Shown piece by piece: positions 10,543-20,055 of a DNA stretch of 64,000 nt (its first letter is position 1; each line of letters opens with the position of its first letter). The stretch is from the NCBI GenBank assembly GCA_934149405.1, contig CAKPEV010000002.1, forward strand, positions 6,073 through 70,072. Direction: 5' to 3'. The translations under genes were made by a program, and so were the position numbers. This DNA is from an uncultured Clostridia bacterium (GTDB lineage Bacteria; Bacillota; Clostridia; TANB77; UBA1234). The notes beneath the pieces were generated by a model, which was given only the letters and a program-made list of their open reading frames with translations, searched no databases and was not told the DNA's origin.

Positions 10543-11982
10543 ATGAAAAAAACAAAGATTGTTTGTACTCTTGGTCCTGCGGTTGACGATTGCAAAACAT
10601 TATCAAGACTTTGTGTTTCGGGCATGGATGTTGCCAGATTTAATTTTTCGCATGGAGATTATTCTGAACAACAAAAAAGAATTGATATGTTTAAAGCTAT
10701 TCGTGAGGAATTAGGTCTTCCTATCCCTATGATGCTTGATACAAAAGGTCCGGAGATAAGAATTGGTACATTTACAGATGGAGTTGCAATATTAAACGAT
10801 GGCTCTTTGTTTACATTAATGCATGATGTTTGCGAAGGAAATTCTTCTATGGTATATGTCAATTATGAACATTTATACGAAGAAGTTTTACCAGGAAGCA
10901 TTATCCTTATAAACGATGGAACAATACAACTTGAAGTAATTGAAATTCAAGATAAAAATATTAAATGTAGAATTTTACATGGTGGAAAATTAACTAATAG
11001 AAAGAGTGTAAACGTTCCAGGTTTAAAATTAAACCTTCCACTTTTAACAGAAAAAGATAAGAATGATATCGTATATGGCGTCAAGAATGGCTTTGATATA
11101 ATTGCTGCATCTTTCGTAAGAAAGCCTGAAGATATTCTTGCAATTAGAGAAGTTCTAAAGGAAAACAATGCCGAAAACATCAAGATAATTTCTAAAATAG
11201 AAAACCAAGAAGGTGTTGATAATTTCGATGAAATATTAAATGTTTCAGATGGAATCATGGTTGCACGTGGTGATTTAGGCGTTGAAATAGCTATGGAAAA
11301 AGTACCGACACTTCAAAAAATCTTTATTGATAAATGTAATAAGCAAGGCAAAATCGTTATCGTTGCCACTCAAATGTTAGAGTCTATGACAAACAACCCA
11401 AGACCAACTAGAGCTGAGGTTAATGATGTTGCCAATGCCGTTTATGACGGTGCAACAGCGATTATGCTTTCAGGTGAAGTTGCTGCTGGAAACTTTCCTA
11501 TTGAATCAGTCAAAACAATGGCTCAAATCGCCAAAACAGTTGAAAACGAGATTAATTATTGGGATAAATTCTCTGGCACCTCTCAAGAGTCTCTAATAGG
11601 CAAACGTAGCAATCTTATAATTGGACACACTCTTTGTGAAGTTGCTATGCAATCAAACGCAGATGCCATCTTCTCGCTTTCTGCTGGAGGACATACGCCA
11701 ATGGCAATCTCTAGTTTCAAACCACAATGCCCAATATATGCTATAACACCTAACGTATCAACGGCTAGACAATTAAACGTATCTTGGGGCATTACACCTA
11801 TTTTAGTAAAAGAAAGCCCTAACCAAATTGACATGATAAATGAAGGTTTGAAAATTGCCAAAGAAAATAACTACATTTTTGAAGGTCAAACTATAGTTAT
11901 TGGTGAAAGTGATACTTACACAACGGCAAACAATTTAAATGTTTCTATAAGCAAAAATATCGGTGGAATTTACGTAGTATAA
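10543..11982 (+). CDS. pyk: Pyruvate kinase.
   Basis: N-terminus MKKTKIVCTLGPA, the MDVARFNFSHG motif, and typical length. Confidence 0.9.
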   Translation: MKKTKIVCTLGPAVDDCKTLSRLCVSGMDVARFNFSHGDYSEQQKRIDMFKAIREELGLPIPMMLDTKGPEIRIGTFTDGVAILNDGSLFTLMHDVCEGNSSMVYVNYEHLYEEVLPGSIILINDGTIQLEVIEIQDKNIKCRILHGGKLTNRKSVNVPGLKLNLPLLTEKDKNDIVYGVKNGFDIIAASFVRKPEDILAIREVLKENNAENIKIISKIENQEGVDNFDEILNVSDGIMVARGDLGVEIAMEKVPTLQKIFIDKCNKQGKIVIVATQMLESMTNNPRPTRAEVNDVANAVYDGATAIMLSGEVAAGNFPIESVKTMAQIAKTVENEINYWDKFSGTSQESLIGKRSNLIIGHTLCEVAMQSNADAIFSLSAGGHTPMAISSFKPQCPIYAITPNVSTARQLNVSWGITPILVKESPNQIDMINEGLKIAKENNYIFEGQTIVIGESDTYTTANNLNVSISKNIGGIYVV

Positions 11983-11990
11983 ATTTAAGG

Positions 11991-12022
11991 CCACTTCTCT
12001 TCACAGAGGAGTGGTATTTTTT
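11991..12022 (+). terminator. Rho-independent terminator (9-bp stem plus T-tract).
   Basis: ccacttctc / gaggagtgg followed by tattttt. Confidence 0.55.
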
Positions 12023-12098
12023 AACATAATATTGACTATTTCACATTATGGTGCTAGAATATACAAGTATTATGAACTTACCTTTTAGGAGGATAATT

Positions 12099-12368
12099 AT
12101 GAAAGCGCAATCCGTTAGCATCACGCAACTCTACTTACTCAAGGAGTTGGAGGTCAAAAAGATTGGAGATGATTCTTTTGTTGCTATATTTCCTCCAATG
12201 GACGCTGCAATGCTTAAACAGATTCTTCCAATCATAGACTCTATCGGCGGTCGTCTAAACGAAGAGCAAACAGGTTTTGCTTTTAGAGAAAACCCTGTAC
12301 CCAAAATCGAGGAGTTGTTAAAAGAACGCATCTACACTATTGACGACACAAAGTTTAATGGGTACTGA
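12099..12368 (+). CDS. Hypothetical protein (89 aa, start MKAQSVS..., RBS AGGAGG).
   Basis: ORF track; the internal ATG carries a strong SD. Confidence 0.4.
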   Translation: MKAQSVSITQLYLLKELEVKKIGDDSFVAIFPPMDAAMLKQILPIIDSIGGRLNEEQTGFAFRENPVPKIEELLKERIYTIDDTKFNGY

Positions 12369-12387
12369 CGTTATAAAATTTATGTAA

Positions 12388-12428
12388 AAAGAACTACTGC
12401 TTAACTCAAAAGCAGTAGTTCTTTTTAT
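12388..12428. terminator. Bidirectional terminator (12-bp perfect stem agaactactgct/agcagtagttct).
   Basis: Hairpin flanked by A-tract and T-tract. Confidence 0.6.
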
Positions 12429-13142
12429 TATTTATTTTTATTACATTCACATGAATTTGTTGTCGGTGTCTCAACAACTTTTTGGCAATTACATGTATTT
12501 TGCGATGCTACATTTTGATTCATTTTGCATGGACATGACTTCTGTGTATTTACCCCCATATTTGCATTTATATAAAACTTCTTTTCTGCCAATTTTTCTT
12601 GTACTGTTCTTAGTGCCTCTCCAAATCTTTGGAAATGAACTACTTCACGTTCTCTTAAAAAACGAAGTACATCTATTACATCTGGATCATCTGCTAAATC
12701 AATCAAGTATTCATATGTTGAACGTGCTTTTTGCTCAGCAGCCATATCTTCCGTCAAATCTGTTATTGGATCGCCTTTTACCGCCAACACCGATGCACTA
12801 AAAGGCACTCCTGCCGCACTTTGTGGATACACTGATATTCCATGGTCAGTATAATATGCTCCCAATCCTTCGCGTTTTAATATTTCAGGTGAAACTCCTT
12901 TTGTTAGTTGATGTACCAACGTTCCTACCATTTCAAGATGTCCGAGTTCTTCAGTTCCGAATGTCATTAAGGGTCGCTTTAGTTATTTCCGTTGGCATAC
13001 TAAATCTTTGACTTAGATATCTAAGCGATGCGCTAAGTTCGCCATCTGGACCACCATACTGACTGATTATGAACTTAGCCATTTGCGGATTTGGATTTTT
13101 TATATTTACAGGATATTGTAATTTTTTATCATAACCCCACAT
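12428..13142 (-). pseudogene. cotJC: Spore coat protein CotJC (manganese-catalase family). It is split into two ORFs under standard decoding by a +1 shift at the in-frame CGG codon 12957-12959. Skipping the C restores the conserved ...LNDI-G-TEELGHLEM...
   Basis: ORFs 12951..13142 (N-terminus) and 12428..12967 (C-terminus) are both CotJC homologues; the junction was read base by base. Confidence 0.8.
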
Positions 13143-13148
13143 TTATTT

Positions 13149-13403
13149 CTACCCCCTATCCCAAGGCCATGGATTACTTATCCATAACCATTCACAATCT
13201 GTTGCAGCATCGACTGCAGTTAATGGGCCGTACTTACTTTCATACTCTTCTCTTTTTTCCATCGCTTCATCCGCAGTATCTTGATACAAGCACAACATAT
13301 CTTTATCAAATGGATGTGTGTCTAAATATAGTTGTAAATCATACAATTTAAAGTCTAATGCTTGCAATTCTCTTAATATACATTCTCTATCGTCCACAAT
13401 CAT
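13149..13403 (-). CDS. cotJB: Spore coat protein CotJB.
   Basis: Motifs LQALDFKLYDLQLYLDTHP...CEW..ISNPWPW. Confidence 0.8.
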   Translation of the reverse strand: MIVDDRECILRELQALDFKLYDLQLYLDTHPFDKDMLCLYQDTADEAMEKREEYESKYGPLTAVDAATDCEWLWISNPWPWDRG

Positions 13404-13674
13404 CCACCTCCTTACAAGTCTCCGTTTGTGATAAATACTCTATTATACATTGAGATTGATTTTGTACATATGGCGACACAAGCTCTGGAAATGTTGTTCC
13501 ATTATTAAGTGACTCTTTAGGGCAAAACGTATCAGTCGCATATTGATATGGCACATAACTATTGGCCAATTGTGGATTTTCTGGGCATACAGGTGGCATC
13601 TGGCATTTCCTACATTCCATTTCGTCTTTGCCGCATCCACATCTACGCCTACTATATCGATTTCTCATATACAT
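13387..13674 (-). CDS. cotJA: Spore coat-associated protein CotJA.
   Basis: LANSYVPYQ...TTFPEL..PY pattern; operon position. Confidence 0.6.
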   Translation of the reverse strand: MYMRNRYSRRRCGCGKDEMECRKCQMPPVCPENPQLANSYVPYQYATDTFCPKESLNNGTTFPELVSPYVQNQSQCIIEYLSQTETCKEVDDCGR

Positions 13675-13792
13675 AATTTATAATACCTCCTATTTTCTTG
13701 GTATATTATACTTTATGCATAAAACAGATTTTGGTGTCGAGTAAGTTTGTTTTTTACACTTTTATAATGAAATTTAAAATTTAATATTATAC

Positions 13793-13819
13793 AAAAAACC
13801 GCCAGTTTCCTAGCGGTTT
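13793..13819 (-). terminator. Terminator for the hlyIII-like gene (stem aaaccgc/gcggttt plus T-run on the minus strand).
   Basis: Hairpin read from the sequence. Confidence 0.45.
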
Positions 13820-13837
13820 CAGATTTGTATTTAATTT

Positions 13838-14512
13838 TTACATTACGTAGAATAGTATGCAGAAGAAGTGCAACAAACTTCCTATTACGCAAAGTATATG
13901 AAATATCGAGTGCATCCATTTTTTCTTTTTTCCAAGTCCATACAAGACAGCACCTATTGTATAAGCTATTCCACCAACTACTAGTAAAATAAAACCATTA
14001 GTTGTTAATAACTCAGGCAATACACCGCCTTTTAGTATTATGCACCATCCCATTGCTAAATAGCATATCATAGAAAATGTTTTATATTTTTTTAAATCAA
14101 TTGCATTCAACGTTATTCCTAAAATTGCTGCTCCCCATATGATTCCAAATATACTCCATCCCAATGCATTACTATATTCTCTAAGTGTGCATAAACAAAA
14201 CGGCGTGTATGAACCAGCAATTAGCAAAAATATTGAGCAGTGGTCAATTACTTGAAATACTTTCTTAGACATCCTCTCCGGTTTCAAGCCATGATATATA
14301 CTTGACATCGTGTATAATATTATAAGTGTGGCTCCAAATATTGCTCCCGAAACTACTCCATAAACGTTTTTATGTATTGCCGCAAATATAACGCAAAGAA
14401 CAGTTGCAACAATTCCAAGGGCACCCCCAACTATGTGCGACACCATATTCATAATTTCTTCTCCCTTTGAATATGTTGGTATTACTCTGTCAGCTAGTTT
14501 TGTCCTTTTCAT
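13838..14512 (-). CDS. Hemolysin III / PAQR-family channel protein.
   Basis: Seven TM helices; conserved HxxxH motifs. Confidence 0.8.
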   Translation of the reverse strand: MKRTKLADRVIPTYSKGEEIMNMVSHIVGGALGIVATVLCVIFAAIHKNVYGVVSGAIFGATLIILYTMSSIYHGLKPERMSKKVFQVIDHCSIFLLIAGSYTPFCLCTLREYSNALGWSIFGIIWGAAILGITLNAIDLKKYKTFSMICYLAMGWCIILKGGVLPELLTTNGFILLVVGGIAYTIGAVLYGLGKKKKWMHSIFHILCVIGSLLHFFCILFYVM

Positions 14513-14531
14513 TTTTCTTACCTCCCTTATT

Positions 14532-16241
14532 TTACATTTTAGACAAAATTTTATCTAACTCTTCTTTTCTTTTTATTTTTTTCGTAGTTGTTTTTATTAG
14601 TTCTTCATCTGTTAAAATCATATGTTTGATGTATTTATACATTGGGAAAGTTTGATTTATCTTCTTTATTTCTCCCCAAATTTTCTCTCTAAACTCTTCA
14701 TCAGTTAATCCGGCATACTTCTTTTTTCTTATATCATCATCATACACTATTTTTATTGCCACTTGAATATCACTTGGGTCATTTTTATCTGGCAACCCAA
14801 AGACCATAGATTCCTTAACTATTTCCATACGATTTACTACTGTTTCAATTTCATCTGGAAATATTTTTTTACCATTTTTCAAAACAATCATATCTTTCTT
14901 TCTTCCAGTAATAAACAAGTTTCCTTTTGCATCTATGTATCCTAAATCACCTGTATAAAAGTGACCATCTTTTAATACTTCGTTAGTTTTTTCTTCATCC
15001 TTGTAGTATCCTAACATTACATTCGGACCACTTACAATTATCTCACCTATTTGATTTTCATCTTTATTTACTATTTCTATATTCACATTAGGCATTGCTA
15101 CACCAACAGAACCAGGAATTTTAGCTGTGCTTGTTTGTGCAGCTATAACCGGTGATGTCTCAGTCAAGCCATAGCCTGCTGCAACTTCTATACCTAAATC
15201 TCTAAAACCTTGCTCAATTTTTTTATCTATAGGTGCACCACCAGATATAACAAATCTAAGCTTACCGCCAAGTCCATCTATTATATTTTTAAATAATTTC
15301 CTTCTTATATCTATTTTTACTTTTAATAAAATATTACTTACTTTTATTAAACGTCTTACTAATTTTTCTTTTCCTTGTTTTCTAATTTGTTGCCATACGT
15401 TATTATATATTGCCTCGATAAGTATAGGTACACCAACAAATACAGACACACCATATTCTTTGAAGTTTTGGCTTATATATCTAAGACCATCTGTAAACAC
15501 AGTCTTTACTCCAGTTATTATCATTAACAACATACCTGTTTGACCAAATATGTGGTGAAATGGCAAGAATGCTATATTTACATCTGTGTCATAAAAGTCT
15601 TCGCTTAGTTGCAATGCGTATATGTTTGAAGCAATGTTTTTGTGTGAAAGCATTACTGCTTTAGATTTTGAAGTTGTTCCGGATGTAAAAAGCAAAATGC
15701 TCATTTTATTTTTATCTATTTTACAATTTAGATAATCTTTATATCCACTTTTTAAATATTTTTGACCATCTTTAATTAACATATCCACACTACGATATTC
15801 TGCCATTTCTGACATACAAATGTATTCTTTTATTTTTGTGTTGCCTCTCTGCTTTAATTCCTCAATAAGCTCAACATATTTTTCATCGAATACAATTGCC
15901 TCCACTTCACTCCTAATAAGTGAATTTTCCAACTCGTCTATTTTTAATTCTTTATCAAGCGGAACAGATACCATTCCGCCTAGTAATACGCCTAAATGTG
16001 CAATAATCCACTCGTATCTATTTCTTCCTATTACTGCAATCCTTTTATCTTTTAAGCCAAGTTTATATAGCCCTGTTCCAAATGCTTGAATATCTTTTAA
16101 AAGTTTATCATATGTGATATTCTCATATCTTGTTTCTTTTTCTTCTTTATATTTTTTTATAAAAATTGTTTGGTTTCTTCTCTTACTTGAAACATCAATT
16201 ACCATTTCTTTAACATTCTCATATTCTTTAACGTTTTTCAT
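14532..16241 (-). CDS. Long-chain fatty-acid--CoA ligase (AMP-binding, FadD-like).
   Basis: TSGTTSKSK AMP-binding motif; start MKNVKEY with RBS AAGGAGAG. The track ORF extends spuriously upstream to 16292. Confidence 0.8.
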   Translation of the reverse strand: MKNVKEYENVKEMVIDVSSKRRNQTIFIKKYKEEKETRYENITYDKLLKDIQAFGTGLYKLGLKDKRIAVIGRNRYEWIIAHLGVLLGGMVSVPLDKELKIDELENSLIRSEVEAIVFDEKYVELIEELKQRGNTKIKEYICMSEMAEYRSVDMLIKDGQKYLKSGYKDYLNCKIDKNKMSILLFTSGTTSKSKAVMLSHKNIASNIYALQLSEDFYDTDVNIAFLPFHHIFGQTGMLLMIITGVKTVFTDGLRYISQNFKEYGVSVFVGVPILIEAIYNNVWQQIRKQGKEKLVRRLIKVSNILLKVKIDIRRKLFKNIIDGLGGKLRFVISGGAPIDKKIEQGFRDLGIEVAAGYGLTETSPVIAAQTSTAKIPGSVGVAMPNVNIEIVNKDENQIGEIIVSGPNVMLGYYKDEEKTNEVLKDGHFYTGDLGYIDAKGNLFITGRKKDMIVLKNGKKIFPDEIETVVNRMEIVKESMVFGLPDKNDPSDIQVAIKIVYDDDIRKKKYAGLTDEEFREKIWGEIKKINQTFPMYKYIKHMILTDEELIKTTTKKIKRKEELDKILSKM

Positions 16242-16521
16242 ACGCACTCTCCTTATGATTAATATTTTAACTTGAAAGTAAAAAAAAATCACTAGTCTAA
16301 GTGGTCAGTTTTAGAAAATAGTAAAAATATTGAAATTTAAATTGACAAACGCGGTAATATACACTTATATTTATTTGTTAGTTTTTACTTAACAAACGTT
16401 ATGATATTCTTTTCTCATGCTAAAATTTATAAACAAAAAGCCCAAAAGTTTTATAACCTCGACTTAAAAAGACTTTCTCTTTTCATCATAAGCTCAACAC
16501 TTTTCGGCTTCATATCAGCAT

Positions 16522-17088
16522 TTATTTCTTTATCCCATTTAATATTGTATCAAAAAAATCATCACATGTTTCATCAACCATAATCTCTTTTTCAGCTTTT
16601 AATTTGTATGTAAGGCTAGAGCATATCACTCCAAAGATGCTTGTAGCAATAGTTTCAGCATTTCCTTCTCTTAGTTCACCTGTTTGTATACCTTCATTTA
16701 CATATTCTTTTATAATATTAATGTAATCAAATATACATTGTTGACATTTTAAATTACGCTCTCGCTTACCCCACATCTGGCTTAGTATCAACGTAACAAG
16801 TTGTTCATACTTTATTGTTGTTTTTATTTGAATCAAAACAATTGCTCGAAGTTTACCGATAACAGTACTCTCCCTATGTGTTTTTATTTCGATACTATTT
16901 CTTAAAAGTTTCATTCCTTCATCTATAAGAAAATACAAGATATCTTCCTTCTTAGCAAAATGATAATATAAAGTTCCCTTAGCAATACCAGTTACCGCAG
17001 TTATCTCCTCGACACTTGTCTCACTATAACCATTCTCTGCAAAAAGCTTCATTGCAGTATCAAATATATTTCTTTTTGTTTTATTCAT
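16522..17088 (-). CDS. TetR/AcrR-family transcriptional regulator.
   Basis: N-terminal HTH: FAENGYSETSVEEITAVTGIAKGTLYYHF. Confidence 0.8.
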   Translation of the reverse strand: MNKTKRNIFDTAMKLFAENGYSETSVEEITAVTGIAKGTLYYHFAKKEDILYFLIDEGMKLLRNSIEIKTHRESTVIGKLRAIVLIQIKTTIKYEQLVTLILSQMWGKRERNLKCQQCIFDYINIIKEYVNEGIQTGELREGNAETIATSIFGVICSSLTYKLKAEKEIMVDETCDDFFDTILNGIKK

Positions 17089-17122
17089 TTACACCTCACA
17101 AAATAAATCTAAATAATTCTAG

Positions 17123-17198
17123 TGGCTGGGGTAGTAGGATTCGAACCTACGAAATATCCGGTTCAGAGCCGGAGGCCTTACCGCTTGGCTATACCCCA
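17123..17198 (-). tRNA. tRNA-Gln, anticodon CUG, CCA encoded.
   Basis: The reverse complement folds as a cloverleaf (acceptor TGGGGTA/TACCCCA, anticodon stem TCCGG/CCGGA with loop CTCTGAA, T-loop TTCGAAT). It is close to Bacillus tRNA-Gln. Confidence 0.85.
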
Positions 17199-17233
17199 AT
17201 ATATAATGAGTGAATAAATTCACTCATTTTGTT

Positions 17234-17425
17234 TTATTCTTCTATTTTGTTTAATTCTTCAACAACACTATCTACGTCTATTCCATGTACTGCACAAGCT
17301 TCTTCTAAAGATTCACCTGCAGATGCTGGACAACCTAAGCAGTGCATACCTGCATTTAGTAATACTTCTATATATTTGTCCCCTTTTTCAACAATTTGTC
17401 CAATTAACATTTCTTTAGTTACCAT
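17234..17425 (-). CDS. DUF1858-type small redox/disulfide protein (about 63 aa, start MVTKEML, RBS AGGAGG).
   Basis: MHCLGCP motif; the internal start has a strong SD; the track ORF is over-extended. Confidence 0.55.
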   Translation of the reverse strand: MVTKEMLIGQIVEKGDKYIEVLLNAGMHCLGCPASAGESLEEACAVHGIDVDSVVEELNKIEE

Positions 17426-17652
17426 AATATCAATTCCTCCTTCTAAATTTATTAAATATTGTCTAACTTTCGTATTGTGTAAAAAATGTATGTTACCACT
17501 TAAGAAAAAATTTTTCAAGTCCGTAACTTTTTTGTTTCAAAAATTTTTCGACATTTTATTTTATAAAGTGCTTATATTTAAGCAATTGCCACGCAAAATA
17601 CGCCGCGAAATTTGTCGAATAATCTGACAAATATTTTTGTTTTCAAAAGTAC

Positions 17653-17680
17653 TAGACAAAAGAAATTTTTTTGTTATAAT
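17653..17680 (+). promoter_or_regulatory. Candidate sigma-A promoter: TAGACA, 16-nt spacer, extended -10 TGTTATAAT.
   Basis: Read from the sequence; lies upstream of the T4SS-like gene block. Confidence 0.45.
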
Positions 17681-17705
17681 TTGCTTAAAGGTGGTGATAA
17701 AAATT

Positions 17706-17935
17706 TGAAAGCTACACGTTTTCACCTTTGTTTAATTTTAGTTCTATTATTTTTTTCAATAATATTTAATTTCGTATTAGACATCTCAACTGTAATGAAC
17801 TTATTCCTATATATATCATTATTCCAAATATTATTTTCAATATGTATAGTATATTCATTATTTGAAGTAACTTTTTTGCACGAAAAACAAGGATCTAAAT
17901 TAAATCTAAGCAAAGGAAAATTATCTTCAAAATAG
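17706..17935 (+). CDS. Possible small membrane protein (about 76 aa, TTG start, RBS GGTGGTGA); its stop is 4 nt before the next gene.
   Basis: Two hydrophobic helices; position downstream of the promoter. Confidence 0.3.
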
Positions 17936-17938
17936 GAG

Positions 17939-19627
17939 TTGATTCGTATTCTTAACACAAAAGCATTATATAACAAAATTCGTTTTGTTTCAATAACTGT
18001 ATCAATAATCTTTATTTTTAATTTTATACTTTTTATTAAAGTTTACCTTTCTAGTAATTATTCTTTCTTTTTATTTAACGAAACACGTCATATTAATTCA
18101 AAATATTGGTTTTGCTTAAAGGTCTTACATTTAATATCTACTCTTTTCTTTTGGCTATTTATATCCAATAGTCTGTATTCGAAATTCTTCTATAATTCCC
18201 CCAAAATAACCAGTAAGCAATCTACAGACTATGGAAATATAAATCTACTTCTCGGCCATAACATTGAGAGCAATCAGCCAGTTATAATCCCAGAAAAAGG
18301 ACTATATCAAAATATTTTGATAACAGGTACTATTGGAACAGGAAAAACTTCCAGTGCAATGTACCCATTCGTCAATCAGTTAATGAAGAAAAACCTTGGA
18401 ATGTTAGTTCTTGATGTAAAAGGAAACTTTCATAATAAAATTAAAGAGTTTGCAAAATTATATAATAAAAAAGTAACCGTTATTGAATTAAACGGAAAAG
18501 AAACGTATAACCCCTTAGACAAGCCAAATTTAAAACCATCTATATTAGCAAATCGCTTAAGAACAATACTGACTCTATTTTCAAATCAAAACACATCAGA
18601 CACTTATTGGTTAGACAAAGTAGAATCTTTTTTAACAGAAGCTATCAAATTATGTCGTATATACAATGAAGGATACGTCACCTTTATTGAGTTACACAAA
18701 CTTATTTATGACAAAGATTATTTAAATCAAAAAATTAGTCTAGCAAAAAATTTGTTTCTTTCTAATTCCCTTTCCAAAGAGCAGATATATGAGTTTTCAA
18801 CATGTTTAGACTTCTTTTTCTCAGAATTTAAAATGCTTGACAGCAAAGTTCTTTCAATCATTCAATCTGAAATTTCTAGAATTACTCAAATTTTCGTTAA
18901 TGATTTAGAGGTTAAAAATACATTCTGTCCGCCAAAAGAAAAAATAACATTTAAAGGTTTTCAGGATTTAGAAAATTCCATTGTTGTTTTAAATATGAAT
19001 ATAGCTGAATACAGAAATCTTTCTAAAATAATTGCTACTTATTTAAAGTTAGATTTTCAGTCAGAAGTTCTTATGCGACTTGCTAAGCCAACAACAATTT
19101 CTCCAGTTGCTTTCATTTGCGATGAGTACCAAGAATATGTTACAGCTAATGATGCAGATTTCTTTTCAGAAAGCAGGGAAGCAAAATGCATAAACATAGT
19201 TTCTACACAAAGTTACACATCCATTTTAAATGCTGTAAAAGACCAATCTTCTGCAAAAGTAATCATACAGAGTTTAGTAAACAAAATATGGTTTCGTACA
19301 GATGATATCTTCACTATTGAAGAAGCTCAAAAGCAACTTGGAAAAGAAGATAAAATAAAATATTCTCGAAGCATATCAGAAAATGCGAAAGAAACAAAAT
19401 ATAATTACTTACTACATTCTTTCAAATCTGATGCTTCTAATTTATCAGAAAGTATTAGCACTCAAGTACATCATGACTTTATATATGATACAAATGCTTT
19501 TTCTGTTGATTTAAAAACATTTCATGCAATTTGCTTTATTTCAACTGGTTCTGCGGTAATACCTGCACAACACGTCAGATTAACCCCGATTCATGAAATT
19601 TTCTTAAGCAACACAAAATTTATTTAA
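17939..19627 (+). CDS. Membrane-anchored P-loop ATPase resembling type IV secretion coupling proteins (VirD4/TraG/TcpA-like).
   Basis: Two N-terminal TM helices; Walker A GTIGTGKTSS; Walker B FICDEYQEY; 562 aa. Confidence 0.5.
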   Translation: MIRILNTKALYNKIRFVSITVSIIFIFNFILFIKVYLSSNYSFFLFNETRHINSKYWFCLKVLHLISTLFFWLFISNSLYSKFFYNSPKITSKQSTDYGNINLLLGHNIESNQPVIIPEKGLYQNILITGTIGTGKTSSAMYPFVNQLMKKNLGMLVLDVKGNFHNKIKEFAKLYNKKVTVIELNGKETYNPLDKPNLKPSILANRLRTILTLFSNQNTSDTYWLDKVESFLTEAIKLCRIYNEGYVTFIELHKLIYDKDYLNQKISLAKNLFLSNSLSKEQIYEFSTCLDFFFSEFKMLDSKVLSIIQSEISRITQIFVNDLEVKNTFCPPKEKITFKGFQDLENSIVVLNMNIAEYRNLSKIIATYLKLDFQSEVLMRLAKPTTISPVAFICDEYQEYVTANDADFFSESREAKCINIVSTQSYTSILNAVKDQSSAKVIIQSLVNKIWFRTDDIFTIEEAQKQLGKEDKIKYSRSISENAKETKYNYLLHSFKSDASNLSESISTQVHHDFIYDTNAFSVDLKTFHAICFISTGSAVIPAQHVRLTPIHEIFLSNTKFI

Positions 19628-19681
19628 CATAGAAAGGAGGAAGTATGATGCATTAGGTTTCTCAATGTATCATACACAAAA

Positions 19682-20035
19682 ATGAATTTTCCTAAAAAAA
19701 TATTAAAAAACAAGCATGCTTACGTTGCTTTCAAAATTTTTCTCACATCATTTTTATTTGTAATATCATTTACAAATCCCACTTTTGCAGCGACAGCAAA
19801 AATAATTTCAAAATTAGAATCAGCACTTAATACAATTAGCAAATGGATTGTCAGAATAGCCACACCAGCAGCTGCTGTAGCAATTGGCTCAGGTTTACTA
19901 ATTAAAAAATTTAGTTTTGGTGACGAAGAAAGAATGGCAACCGGAAAAAAGATTATACGAAATTCTTTATTTTCATACGCTTTCGTTTTAGTAATAGATT
20001 TGGTACTTGATGCTATCAAAAGCATCGTAACCTAA
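19682..20035 (+). CDS. TrbC/VirB2-like pilin-type protein (signal peptide ending TFA-A, then two hydrophobic helices).
   Basis: Protein architecture only. Confidence 0.45.
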   Translation: MNFPKKILKNKHAYVAFKIFLTSFLFVISFTNPTFAATAKIISKLESALNTISKWIVRIATPAAAVAIGSGLLIKKFSFGDEERMATGKKIIRNSLFSYAFVLVIDLVLDAIKSIVT

Positions 20036-20055
20036 TAAAAGGAGTTGATACATAC

